Below, one piece after another: positions 11,734 through 23,200 of a stretch of DNA of 47,206 nt (the stretch's first letter is position 1; every line of letters starts with the position of its first letter). Source of the stretch: Craspedostauros australis (lineage: Eukaryota); contig JALAGF010000931.1 of the NCBI GenBank assembly GCA_030167865.1, positions 1 to 47,206 on the forward strand. Reading direction: 5' to 3'. The position numbers and the translations under genes were made by a program. The notes beneath the pieces were generated by a model, which did no database searches, was not told the DNA's origin, and saw only the letters and a program-made list of their open reading frames with translations.

Positions 11734-13707
11734 ATGAAGTTGACGGCACTTCCCCTGTTCGAGGATGCTGGGAACGCCTGCACCATCCTCCTGAACGATG
11801 GGCAGCTCAATCCGCGATCCTTCGTCGATCTCATGGATCAGCACAAGGCGCTCATCTTCCGCAAGGCGGACGACGACGGCGCGTTCGACACCGAAGGATT
11901 CGGGCAATTCCTCGTGGATCAGCGCCTCGAGTACTACCCGTACATCGGCGGAGCGGCGCCGCGCACCATCATTCCCGTCAAGGCCGGCAAGGACATCGTC
12001 TTCACGGCGAACGAGTCGCCGCCGGATCAGCCCATCCCATTCCACCATGAGCTGGCGCAGACGCCCAAACCGCCAACCTACATCTTCTTTTACTGCAAGG
12101 AACCGCCCAAGGAGGGTGGCCAAACGCCCATCATCGATTCCACCGAGGTCTACCGCTTTGCGCAGGACCATCACCCGCAATTCATCGACAAGCTCAAGGA
12201 GCACGGGGCGCGCTACATCCGCACGCTGCCGAGCCAAGATGATCCGTCCTCGCCCATCGGACGCTCCTGGCAGAACACCTGGAAGGTCTCCTCCAAGATG
12301 GAGCTGGAGCAGAAGCTCTCGCAGATTGATGGCTGCACCTGGCAGTGGTTGCCCGACACCGAAACCGACAAGGACATGGTCCGCATCACCACGGAACCGG
12401 TGCCCGCCATCCGCATGGTCGGCCAGCACGGTCCCAACCAGGTCTACCAATGGACGTTCGCCAATTCCATCGTGGCGGCTTTCCTGGGATGGATCGATCG
12501 TCGCAATCCCGATCCCAAGGACGCGCTGCGCTTTGGGAACATGGACGTCATGCCGGCTGACGTCCTGCAGAGCATCGCCGATTTCATGCACAACAACCGC
12601 GTCCTGCATGATTGGGAGGCGGGTGACATCATGGCCATCCAAAATCAGCTCGTCATGCATTCTCGCAACCCGTTCGTCGGACCGCGCAAGGTCCTCGCCA
12701 GCATCTGGGGCGACAGAGTGCCCCAAGAAAAGTCCCACCCCGACACGGTGCTGCACCCGGAACCAACGCACCCCAACGATCCGCTTGTGTTCGGGTTTTG
12801 GAAGGTCCCCAACGACCGATGCGCCGACGTTTGCTACGAGGCAATCAAGGCCGGGTACCGCCGTTTGGACTGCGCCTGCGATTACGGCAACGAGGTGCAG
12901 GTTGGCCAAGGCATCGCGCGCGCCATCCGCGAAGGATTGGTCACGCGTCATGAGCTCTTCATCACGTCCAAACTGTGGAACACGTACCACAAGCCCGAGC
13001 ACGTGCAGTTGGCGTTGGACAAGACGCTCGCCGATCTGCAATTGGTGTACGTCGATGAGTACCTCATCCATTTCCCAATCTCGATGGAATACGTGCCCAT
13101 CAAGGACAAGTACCCGCCGGAGTGGACCAACCTGGATGGCAAGATGGTCGTCGTTCCCAACGACATGTGCGCCACGTGGAGGGCCATGGAGGCGTTGGTG
13201 GATTCCGGCAAGATCGTGGAGATTGGAGTTTGCAACTTCTCCACCCAGCTTCTGCGGCAGATCCTGAGCACGTGCCGCATCCGCCCATCCACGTTGCAAG
13301 TCGAGCTGCACCCACAAAACACGCAGACCAACCTCGTGCGGTTCGCGCGGGAGGCCGGGATGCGCGTCACGGCCTTTTCCGCATTCGGCGCATCGTCGTA
13401 CATCGAATTGGGCATGGCGCAAGACGACGACATCCTGCTGAAGAATTCGATCATCCGCACCATCGCGGCTACCAAACGCAAGACGCCTGCCCAGATCCTG
13501 ATTCGCTGGGCCGTCCAACGCAACACCCTCGCGCTGACCAAGACGTGCACCACGACGCGCATGACCGAGAATCGCGACGTCTTTGATTTCCATCTCACCC
13601 CGACCGAAATGGAGCAGATCAACGGTCTGAACCAGAACCGTCGCTACAACGACCCCGGCGACTTCTGCGAGCCAGGAATGGGAACCTTCTGTCCCATCTA
13701 CGATTAG
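11734..13707 (+). CDS. Fusion: clavaminate-synthase-like (TauD/TfdA) Fe(II)/2OG dioxygenase + xylose-reductase-like aldo-keto reductase (657 aa)
   Basis: N-half: VFTANESPPDQPIPFHHELAQ...GGQTP...VMHSRNPF (HxE...H triad). C-half: FGFWK, GYRRLDCACDYGNE, LFITSKLWN, YLIHFP, YPP, IGVCNF, LQVELHP, RYNDP (AKR D-Y-K-H tetrad). Single intronless ORF. Confidence 0.92.
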   Translation: MKLTALPLFEDAGNACTILLNDGQLNPRSFVDLMDQHKALIFRKADDDGAFDTEGFGQFLVDQRLEYYPYIGGAAPRTIIPVKAGKDIVFTANESPPDQPIPFHHELAQTPKPPTYIFFYCKEPPKEGGQTPIIDSTEVYRFAQDHHPQFIDKLKEHGARYIRTLPSQDDPSSPIGRSWQNTWKVSSKMELEQKLSQIDGCTWQWLPDTETDKDMVRITTEPVPAIRMVGQHGPNQVYQWTFANSIVAAFLGWIDRRNPDPKDALRFGNMDVMPADVLQSIADFMHNNRVLHDWEAGDIMAIQNQLVMHSRNPFVGPRKVLASIWGDRVPQEKSHPDTVLHPEPTHPNDPLVFGFWKVPNDRCADVCYEAIKAGYRRLDCACDYGNEVQVGQGIARAIREGLVTRHELFITSKLWNTYHKPEHVQLALDKTLADLQLVYVDEYLIHFPISMEYVPIKDKYPPEWTNLDGKMVVVPNDMCATWRAMEALVDSGKIVEIGVCNFSTQLLRQILSTCRIRPSTLQVELHPQNTQTNLVRFAREAGMRVTAFSAFGASSYIELGMAQDDDILLKNSIIRTIAATKRKTPAQILIRWAVQRNTLALTKTCTTTRMTENRDVFDFHLTPTEMEQINGLNQNRRYNDPGDFCEPGMGTFCPIYD

Positions 13708-13999
13708 AGGAGGGCACGGAGCAGAGCCCAATGGTAGATTGTTGCTCGAATGCATGGATTCGCAATCGTAGGCAAATCATTCCCCTTTAATATTTACAGT
13801 TTGTATCTCCCTTCTGCACGTAGCTTTGTGTAATCTAATAGCGGACTTGCGTGTCGTCCGCAAATTCTGGAATTGTTGAAGCGATGTTGTCGAGTGTGGC
13901 CATGCCGTGTGCAGAATGTCTGCACATCTGAGTAACCAAACGCAGCAGATACATCCCAACTCGCATTGCCTCGCATCCACCATGTCCCATTGGTAATGT

Positions 14000-16237
14000 T
14001 TAAGGCGTACTGCTCTGCGCCACGGCAAACGCTTCCTTGCTCAGTTTCGAGCTCTTCACGGGGTTGCTGGTCGATATTATCGCTGCCGTGGCACTCTCTT
14101 GAGACCAAACCATAGTCCTCTCGAGTCGGCATCCACTGCCCCATGCGCAATTCATTTCCAATTCATTTGGTGTGCACAGCCGAGCGCCGGAACTAGCACA
14201 CAGCGCCTCGGCTTCCACGAAAGTTGCCGCCCTGGAACAAACGCCGTTGAGTCTGGATTGCGCCCACACGCCATCGCAGGATGTGCTGGGTCTGGCATCC
14301 GAGAATGGCGAATTGGAGCAGCATCGCACTGGATGCAGGTCCGTGTTGGGGGCCATTCGAGATGGTTGGCCGCAGTAAATTGAGCTAGCGCACACGACCT
14401 TTTCGAGCACGGCGGTGATATCATTGTCTTCGCCTCCATCCGTGCGTGTGGTCGACGATTCCTCATCATCCTCGCCTGTTCGATCCGCCGCACTCTCCGT
14501 CGGTGCCGATGTTGGTTCATTCGTTACCACACTGTCAACGTAGATGGTCGAACGCACCGTGCTGTAAAACTCTTTGGCCGACGTTCCCATGTTGAAGCAA
14601 CCAATGTTGGACGTCTTTTTGTGGATGCCAAGAACCTCATGCGTCTCGTAGCTGATGATCGGTGCACCCGACGATCCCTTCTGCGTGTCGCACGTGTAGG
14701 TGAACAGCCCATCTCTAGCCATTCGGCAAGGCTGCCCGTCCCCTTGGTAGAAATCGAACATTGCAACTTCTTTCGCCCTGGCATTCGGATGCTGCGGAAT
14801 GAAGATGCGCTCCAACCGCTTGTGCGTCTCTGCCAAATACAAATATCTGTGGAGCAGAAAACGTATCGATTCGTAACATGGCGTGTATCATGAATTGCAG
14901 TTGATATGAAGTGTATAAAATACAAAAGGAATATTTGCATTTGCGTGTGTGTACCATGTGAGTGCGAGGTGTTGTGGTAATGGCGACAAATCATCGACGT
15001 TTGGAACCACCAGCAATGCATACGTATTGTACATGCATTTGTGGCCATTGCGGCGTGGACAGGCACAGGTTCCATTGAGATGAAGATGGACTTACCCATA
15101 GGTGGCGATTGGATTGCCATCCAATTGGATGAGGGTCATGTCCCAGTCGCCGTATCCCTGGATGAATTTGTGATTTCCCTCCAAGGTCTCACCAGGAAAG
15201 GCTGCGAGGCTGTCGGCCGACGTGCCTCCGCAACGATCATCCACCATGAAGTGAAAATCGGTGTTGTCCACATCGTGCTGGCTTGACACGCAATGGTGGC
15301 CAGTCATGAAGTAGTTGTTGTTGCCGACGAGGAATCCGGTGCACGCTCTGACTCCGTTGATGATCAAGCGTGCGACTGCGTTGGTTTTGCGATAGAGGGA
15401 TGGATGTTCGGACGTGTCGAAGCATTTCGCATCTTGCAGCTCGGATTCGCCACAGATCGCGAGGCGGCGGTTTTGTTTGTCGGACGCTGCGTCGTCATCG
15501 AGCATGTTGTATGCCGACTGGATGTCGCGCTGCCAACTCTTTTTCATGTCATCGTTGACATGACCAACGCTGCCGTCGCGTCTGCTGGTGCTGCTGCGAC
15601 CTCGCAAGCCCAACGATTGCTTCGTGTGTCCTTCGGCAACCAAGGAGAACATGCCATTGGTTTCGACCGTGTCATCCTCCGGCAGTCTTCGGTTGTCAAA
15701 ATTGTCGGCCGCTTCCCGAGTTGTGAAGCCGGCAGCGTACTTGTCGACTTCGAAGGTTAGCTTGGGCATGTTGTGCGAGCCGACGCCATTGTCGCATTGG
15801 GCAATGATGAGCACTTCGCTGCCGATCACTTGATGCGACCACTCGCGTTGCGTCTGATCGTTTGGAAGGAACGTGGTCGTCAACAGCGTCTCCCTTGCCA
15901 AGGTGGTGACGATGAGAGCACATCCATCGGGAACATGCTTGCTTTTGAAGTGGACGGATATCGTGGGTGCATGCGGATGTCTCAATTTGTAGATGTGCTG
16001 CTGATACTCGTCCGTCGATTCGAAGATCGGTCGGACGGTGGTTGCGCTGTGAACGGTGGAGATTGTCACGTCATGGATCTCGGCGATGGTATCGGCCATG
16101 TGATCGTGCGTGGATGACGAATCAACGTCGCCAGCCAGCGCGCGTTGCTGATCGTCGAGCTGCGTGGGCAGCGCTGCGGTCCGGCATGCACCGAATAGGA
16201 TCGCAGCCAGGAATGCTGGTGGTGCAAAGATCTTCAT
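14000..16237 (-). CDS. Secreted trypsin-like (clan PA) serine protease with a C-terminal Cys-rich module, ~662 aa; exons 16237-15096 and 14846-14000
   Basis: Signal peptide MKIFAPPAFLAAILFGAC. Catalytic triad in CTGFLVG..FMTGHHC (His), DWDMTL (Asp) and CDTQKGSSGAP (Ser). A GT-AG intron at 15095-14847 (GTAAGT...CCACAG) restores the frame GNPIATYG|YLYLAE. Confidence 0.88.
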
Positions 16238-18573
16238 GATTGAATTCTCTCTTTGGCTCTGCTGGTGTTGTGGCTATTGCAGTGGCTGGTCTTGATGCGA
16301 AAGATCTTTCGGGCGATGTTTGTGCGAACTCTGGTTGCGGATGTTATGAATGGCGAGAGTTATGAATGGCAGGCGTGGCCTCTCTCTCTCTCTTTGCCTG
16401 CGTTTCTGTGCCGATTGTGACTGGTGTTCTGCTGCCAGTGTCGGTATCTGTGCTGTCTTACTCGTATCGGTACGCGTATGCTGCTCCTGTTGTTTGATTG
16501 TGCCCTGCAATCAGAGGTTTCTGATCTTTGAGTATTTTAGGAGTATGAGTGTGGGACTTGCGTGAGCTCTTGATTTGTATTTCGGCCAGTTATTTCCGTT
16601 CAGTTTGCATCTGTGCGCTCGTCCTCCACTATCGCTTTGTTGCGGCTTTCTGCTCTGTGTTTGTGCGTGAATCCAAGCGCAAGAAGAACATCATGGTGCC
16701 TTTGCGCCTCCACGAGAGGCTCGAAAGTTACCGTCAACGTGCGAACAACGCAAAGCTGCTTGTGCCATCAGGGACGTCGCTGCTGCTTCAACCGCTCATG
16801 GGCGAAACCTTCTCGCAGGAGCGCTTGTGCGCAAGGTGCAGATGTGCATCTTCGATGCGGACTAGTTGTTTGTGGTCAAATTTGTTCCTTCGCAGTTTCG
16901 TACATCAAATTGTGGGATGGAAGTTTTCGACCTTTTTATATGACTGTAACTATGACCGAGATCGCCCGACGTCAGAAATGTTGAAGGGGAGGATGCAAAA
17001 TTACTTAAACGTTCCTTCACAACTGTGCAGAGAAATCGCGAAGAGATCATACAAGTGACCGAGATTTGTCGTAGTTCGTGTCATATAGTCACAAGGCCCA
17101 AACACTTGTGGATTCGGTTTCCGTGATGTTGTTCGGACATCGCAAGCATCACGCACAGGTGAGATGAGGTACGACTACCAATCCTCACAACTGCACAGTA
17201 CTTACAACGTCTTCGTGGGAGCGTGGCAAGAGTATTGGTAAAGTAGCCCGCATGGTGTTTGCATGTATGGCGCGCTTCTTTCACGACGAAGGTATGTTGC
17301 GTCCTTTGCCGACTTGCACAGCAGAGACGACAAGTCTGTTCGTGGACGCCATCAATAGTATCATGGCTCCAACGGTGCATAGCCGCATTCCTCAATTCCT
17401 TCACGTGGCTATTGCATCTGCCATGTGTTGTTGTTTCAAGGATACAAAAGGCATCACCCATCAGTACTCGTACCATCACACCGCACTCGTGTGAGCTGTT
17501 CTTCCTCGTCAGTGAGAATGAACAGCCATCCACGTACACTACCCAAAGCGTCACGTATCTGCCGCTATTACTTGTTGGACCAACGTGCAGCCTTTTCGGA
17601 GGTACTCGAAGCGTCGCAAAGGAAGAGCTTGGGAGGACGGCAATGCAATCACTTGCGTGCGGTTGGAAGTCCAAGCAGGAAGAGAGAAGAGACGCACGTC
17701 AAAGACTTCTTGACGCCGTCAGTTAGGCCTCCAACCACAGGCCCGTCTATAAAAGTGATGGCTTGGCGCAAGGACCAAAATAACTGGAGCAATTTATTGC
17801 ATTCTCTTTTGCTGGTTTGTCGATCCTCACGCATTGACACTCGATGAACGATCTCATGCAATAGGTATCGATGCGAATCGGCTTTTGTCGACTTCCCTGG
17901 TGCTCGTGACAAGGAGGCTCCACATCGCTGCCCCCGACATCAGGACGAAGATCCGCGGGAATGCAATGCACACCCATGTACACATGCATCGAGAGCCCCC
18001 ACGGCAACCGCACATTGCAACCCACCAGCCACTTGTCACGATCATGACGCATGCCCAACGTCAGATAATTTGTCTTGGGATGAAAAAGATGCATAAGTCA
18101 CAGGTTGGATCACGACCAAGCGGATATCCTTGAAGTCGACAGTCACAATTTGTCACATTTTCGAACAATACATGTGGTGCGTGCTTCACGATCAAGGAAG
18201 GCGCTGAGTGAAGCCGGACGCGCCAAAATGCAGTTGTGAAGAGAATCGGATCATGATCTGCGTTTCTCAGCACGACCGTACGCGCGAGAGGCAACAGGAC
18301 CAACATCTGCTGTATTGGTTCGTTCCCAAGCTCGCGGGTACGAATCATCTCGATCCAACGTCACGCCGTGACTAGACAGCAGAACGACAGCGGCAGCGAC
18401 TGCAACTTGCATCTTAACTATTCTACTTATGTTGGAGTATGCTGCAATGATTGTTTGATTTGGGAATATGTGCTTGGCTATCTAGTGTTACACTGTTGTT
18501 GTTGCTTCTGTTGCGGCAGAGTGAATATGTATATTTACAATGGGTGGGTTGGACGTCAACCGTCGCCTTCCGC

Positions 18574-20211
18574 TTAGCGGCTGCGTCGCTGTGCGCGGCG
18601 TCCGCCTCTGTTGCCAAATCCTGCCTTGACAGTCTTGGCCTCGGTGGTGCCGGCGGCTCCGTAGCCATTCTTTGATGTCTTGGCAGTAGCAGTGTCCGTG
18701 TTGACGGTGTTGGTGACGCCATCCTTGGTTTGCTTCGCGGTATTAGAGTCGAGCAGATTCTCGGGCAGCTGTGGGCCTTCCGTCGGGGCAGATGTTGGTG
18801 AGGCCGTTGGAGAACTCGTCGGAGCCTCGGTCTCGTAGATAATGGGCTCGATTTTGGTGAAGAAGGTCTCGGCCGCGCTGCCCTTGTTCGTGCAGGATCC
18901 CGACGCCGAGTGGTGGATGCCGATGACCTTGTTCGTGTCGCGGCTGACGATGGGGGAACCCGAGGATCCACCCTCCGTGTCGCATGAGTATTGGAAGCCG
19001 TTCTTGAGGCGGCAATGTTTGTCAGCGTAGGTTTGATCTTCGTAGGAGACGTCCTTAGCGCGTGCTCGTGGGTGCTGCGGAATCCAGATCTTCTCTTCTG
19101 CGCGTGCGGATTCAGCGAGGTCGAAGGATCCGTACTTGGCCATCGGGTTGCCGGCGAGCTTGATGAGGACGAAGTCGAGCTCCTCGTGGTAGGCGAAGTA
19201 GATGTGATCACCCTCGTGATCATCGTCATCGAGTCTCTCGCCGCGCACGTTGAACCACAGCTGGTCCGAGCTGGTGCCGCCGCACACGTCCTCGGTCATG
19301 AACTCGAAGTCGGTGGAGTCCACATCTTCCTGGCTGGAGATGCAGTGATGGTTGGTCATGAAGTAGTTGCTGTTGCCGATGAGGAATCCGGTGCACGACC
19401 TGGTTCCCCCAATGATGAGGCGGGCCACTGCCATGGCCTTGTTGTACATGGTGTGGAGGCCCTCTTTCTTGAGGCAGGCAGCGTCCATGTGCTGCGACGT
19501 GCCGCAGATGGCGAGATCGCGTTGCTGGGTGCTGGCCACACCGCGAAGACGCGACAGCGCACGTCCCTCGTTCTCGACATCCTTCTCGAAGAGGTTGGGT
19601 GCGGAGGCCTTCTTTTTGGCGGCAGCTTTGGAGGAGGACGCGCTGGAGCCTGCGCCGATCTCCTCGTTGCTGAAACCGGCAATGTAGTAGTCGATCTCGA
19701 AAGAGACGTCGGTCTCGACGTTGTAGGCGAGGACTTCGCACGCGACGAGCATGCGGACGCTGTCGCCGTTGATGTGATGGGACAATTTCCTCTTTTCCTG
19801 GTTTTCGGATGTGATCGTGGTTTGTTGCTGCGAACCGTTGAGGTCGTTGATGACTATACTGCATCCCTCTCGGACGTTGGCCGAGGCGAAGTGCAGGGAG
19901 ATGAAGGAGGCGTCCTTGTGGACGATGTCGTAGACGTGGGTGATGCCGCCGTCGGACTCACTGATGAGGGCCGGCTTGATGTCGCTGACGCTGGCGTCGC
20001 TGGAGATGCGAGTGTCGAATGGCCGTCCGATCTCCATTGGCTTCTGCGGTGTGAAGTCCTCAAGGTGGCGGCGTTGGCTGGTCTCGCCTTCTGCGAGGTT
20101 GATGGCCGCGGAGGCGGACTGTGCCGAGCTCAGCAGAGTCATGGCCATCATGGCCATGGACGTCAATGCTGTCCGTCTCTGCGTCGTTGTGCTTGATGAT
20201 GATGATGTCAT
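18574..20211 (-). CDS. Secreted trypsin-like (clan PA) serine protease, intronless paralog (545 aa)
   Basis: Hydrophobic signal peptide. CTGFLIG..FMTNHHC, ELDFVL, IWIPQHP and CDTEGGSSGSP motifs. PT-rich linker and low-complexity basic tail. Confidence 0.9.
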   Translation of the reverse strand: MTSSSSSTTTQRRTALTSMAMMAMTLLSSAQSASAAINLAEGETSQRRHLEDFTPQKPMEIGRPFDTRISSDASVSDIKPALISESDGGITHVYDIVHKDASFISLHFASANVREGCSIVINDLNGSQQQTTITSENQEKRKLSHHINGDSVRMLVACEVLAYNVETDVSFEIDYYIAGFSNEEIGAGSSASSSKAAAKKKASAPNLFEKDVENEGRALSRLRGVASTQQRDLAICGTSQHMDAACLKKEGLHTMYNKAMAVARLIIGGTRSCTGFLIGNSNYFMTNHHCISSQEDVDSTDFEFMTEDVCGGTSSDQLWFNVRGERLDDDDHEGDHIYFAYHEELDFVLIKLAGNPMAKYGSFDLAESARAEEKIWIPQHPRARAKDVSYEDQTYADKHCRLKNGFQYSCDTEGGSSGSPIVSRDTNKVIGIHHSASGSCTNKGSAAETFFTKIEPIIYETEAPTSSPTASPTSAPTEGPQLPENLLDSNTAKQTKDGVTNTVNTDTATAKTSKNGYGAAGTTEAKTVKAGFGNRGGRRAQRRSR

Positions 20212-23200
20212 TGTGCCTGTGTTGGTTTTGGTTGTTTGTTGTGTTTGTTGTTGGGAATTGAATTTATGGAATGGACAACAAAGTGCGTGGTTGTTTGGTT
20301 GATTGATTGATCGATTGATTGATTGAATGACTTTGGTGAGCTCGTCAGTTTAATTTTATGAGTGTTGATGCAGTGTTGTTGCTGTCCAGTTGACCCTCAC
20401 TCGTGTAATAGCTCGTATCTGTTTCGATGTTGTTTGCGATGTTGTTTGCGATGTGTGTGATAGCCGTACATCGCAATGTGTTGTGGACAACAACGACATC
20501 CAACAAACGATGTTCTGCGGACAGTGGCAACGTATCAACGTCGGTGAATCCGAACCATGACCGCGATTATACCTGTCGCCGTTCCGAAGCACGCAACCTC
20601 GTCTAGTGCGACGCCGTTCCGGCACCATTGACCGTGCCTTGTTGTGGTTGTTCCCCCTTGTTGTTAACCCGTGTGATGAGAACGGCGCCTTTTGTTCTGA
20701 GCGACGCTCGAACTGAATTCATGCGATCAAGGAGGCTCGCACTGCAGGTGCCGATTTGGTGAATCGGCGGTGTGATGATTTTTCGTCAAGCGACCCACCT
20801 CGTGCACAAATAAGTTTGTCTGTTTGCGACATGTCCGTTGCGACCCGCCTTCTTCTGTGCAGCCTTCCGCTGCCGAGAAAGTCAAAAAGCCCACGGCCCC
20901 ATGCGCCCTCTTCAACAATTAAGCTTCGCCGGGATGCCTGATGGTACTTAACGCAAGGTTGACCGCGTTCCTGTTCGTGTTCGAGGGAAGAAAAGTCGCA
21001 ATACTGGCGCATTCCGTTGTTCAAATGATTATAGTGGTACCATCGATAAGGAATATCAATCGGGGTACTATTAGACTGACCATCTCTGATATACTACGAC
21101 ATGACGTTTCCGTCGGACAAATCCAAATCCTGCATACAACCACGCTTCCTCCAAGAAAGCGCACACACTGATTCAACGCGGTAGCGCTGGTCGCGGTAGT
21201 TCTGCCGACAAACGATGGCAACAGCACAAGCGCAGGAACCGGAACCGGAGAAGGATAGCACAATTCTGGAAACACTCGCGCGGCAGTGCGCGTCAGTACT
21301 CGTATCCTTCTTTCCCCTGTGTTCGTTTTCTCCCCGCTGCTTCCTTCATCCGCATGAGCTGTACGTTTGTCTCGGCGCAGACAACTTCACTAGGACCTAA
21401 CCTGATGCGAAGGCCCCGTCACACAAGAAGGAACTTGGGGGAGAAAACACAACATCATGTTCGAACAGAATGGTCCAGCATCAAACAGATCACAGACCAG
21501 ACCAGAGCAGCTCGTACTCGATGCGCCAGCAAGTGTAGGTCGCACCCTGGCTTGCCCATACACACCGCGCGTGTGGGAAGCTGGCGCAGGGGAGTACAGA
21601 GTCAACATCAAGCTAGCAATATCATTTCCGTCTCCATGTTCTTCGTGTTGGATTGCGAAACTCTTCACCCTTTGCGCTTCCACAATCCTTTGTCGTGTTT
21701 CCGTTTCTGCTCTTGATCTTCTCGGTTGCGTTGTTGCTTTCTGTGTCATGTTCGTCCTTCCTTGGCCGTCCTTTCTCGCAATCTTGAATGACACCGCTCT
21801 CCGTCCTTTGGCTTCCCAAGACGCGAGAATAGATGCTGTAGGAATCAAGCGAAGAGTTACGCTTGTGCTCGTTGACTCGTGCCGCCAACATACTCTTAGC
21901 TCGTACGTGTATGTGTACATAATAGAATACATTATAATCTGTATGAGAGCCGAAACCGCAAACAATCTTGGAATGGGCACCATAGCACAACGGCACAACA
22001 ATACCCTGAACGAAGAGGGAACATAAACCTCAATGTTCAAGAGGGTCCAGCTCTACCCTTGACCTTTCTCCATTTCACGCGACCGCCGAAAGCTCTCCCC
22101 AGAACTGCAACCTCGACACGCACCTTTCGATGCCGACCTTCATCCAAGCACAAGGTGAAATGAAAAAGCCACCGATGTATTATTGACCTCCGCGAGCGAT
22201 GACGACACATGGTTGTGTGTATTGTAACTTTGGTACAGAGCATCATACGAGCATGACACGGAGCGCTACTGGTGTGAATGGAGGCTGGTGCGTTCATGTT
22301 GTGTTCGTCGCCCCAATGATTGATGACCTCCAATCACAAACAAGAGCGATTTCTCTTTGAAGCCGCGAATATTGTTCTTGTCTTGACACTTCTCTTCGTC
22401 ATCTTCGCCTCAAGTGTTCGCAACCCACGCCACAAATTGGGTTCACCAAGACACGGCGGTTTTGTATTGGAACGAACGCGCGCAGTGGTCCATGCCGTCA
22501 CCTGCCACGAGCACGCGTCCGAGGACTGCAGGATCGCAGAGTACCGCCACTAACATCCTCAACCACCACGACAGCATCTCTAGACGCAGAGCATGGACAT
22601 GTCGCTCGTATCCCGCTCAAGTGGTCACCTTCGTCATCTTCTCGTCCGGCATATTGGTGTGTCTCGGTGGAGGCGTCGAAAATACCGCATCAACACATGC
22701 TCAATCAGAAGCAGCACCCGGCTTGAACCATCAACAAGAGGGCAACGAAACAACATGCTACTCCAAGTATGAGCTACTCCACCAGCAACGAGTAAGAGCA
22801 GCCATGAAGTCTGGCTCGTCTCTCTCTCTCTCTCTGGCGAGGCGAAGCTTCAGCTTCAACTTCTCTCGGAACCTACCTATCGTGGGCTTCGTCTTCCATG
22901 TCTTCGCAACCTCTTTTATCCATCATGGGAGCAAACGGTGCGTGGGATGGAGTGCCAACTCCAGAACATGCGGAATGCAAGTGCCACGGGGTGACTTGCT
23001 GGGCTGCGAGACTCTCACTTGACCGAGAACTGTCCTAGCCTGACCAACGCCACATGTATGACCAGGCACCAAGACGCGGTGAGAGATGACGAGTAACACA
23101 CCCAAACAGGAGAGCAGCATAGCTCAACGACGGCACCTGGCAACCTGCAACGGCAACTCCAGAGGAGACAAGAAGTGGCACGCCCATACACAACGATCTA

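Noticed and set aside
11710-13755. 681-aa antisense ORF over the TauD-AKR gene (likewise 10411-11463, 18991-20196, 27320-28441, 28524-29579, 44824-46035, 4744-5790)
   Set aside because: Shadow ORFs caused by strong GC3 codon bias on the coding strand, with no protein motifs.
16300-18500. Several 100-200-aa ORFs between the two proteases
   Set aside because: No codon bias, motifs, terminal repeats or TSDs recognised.
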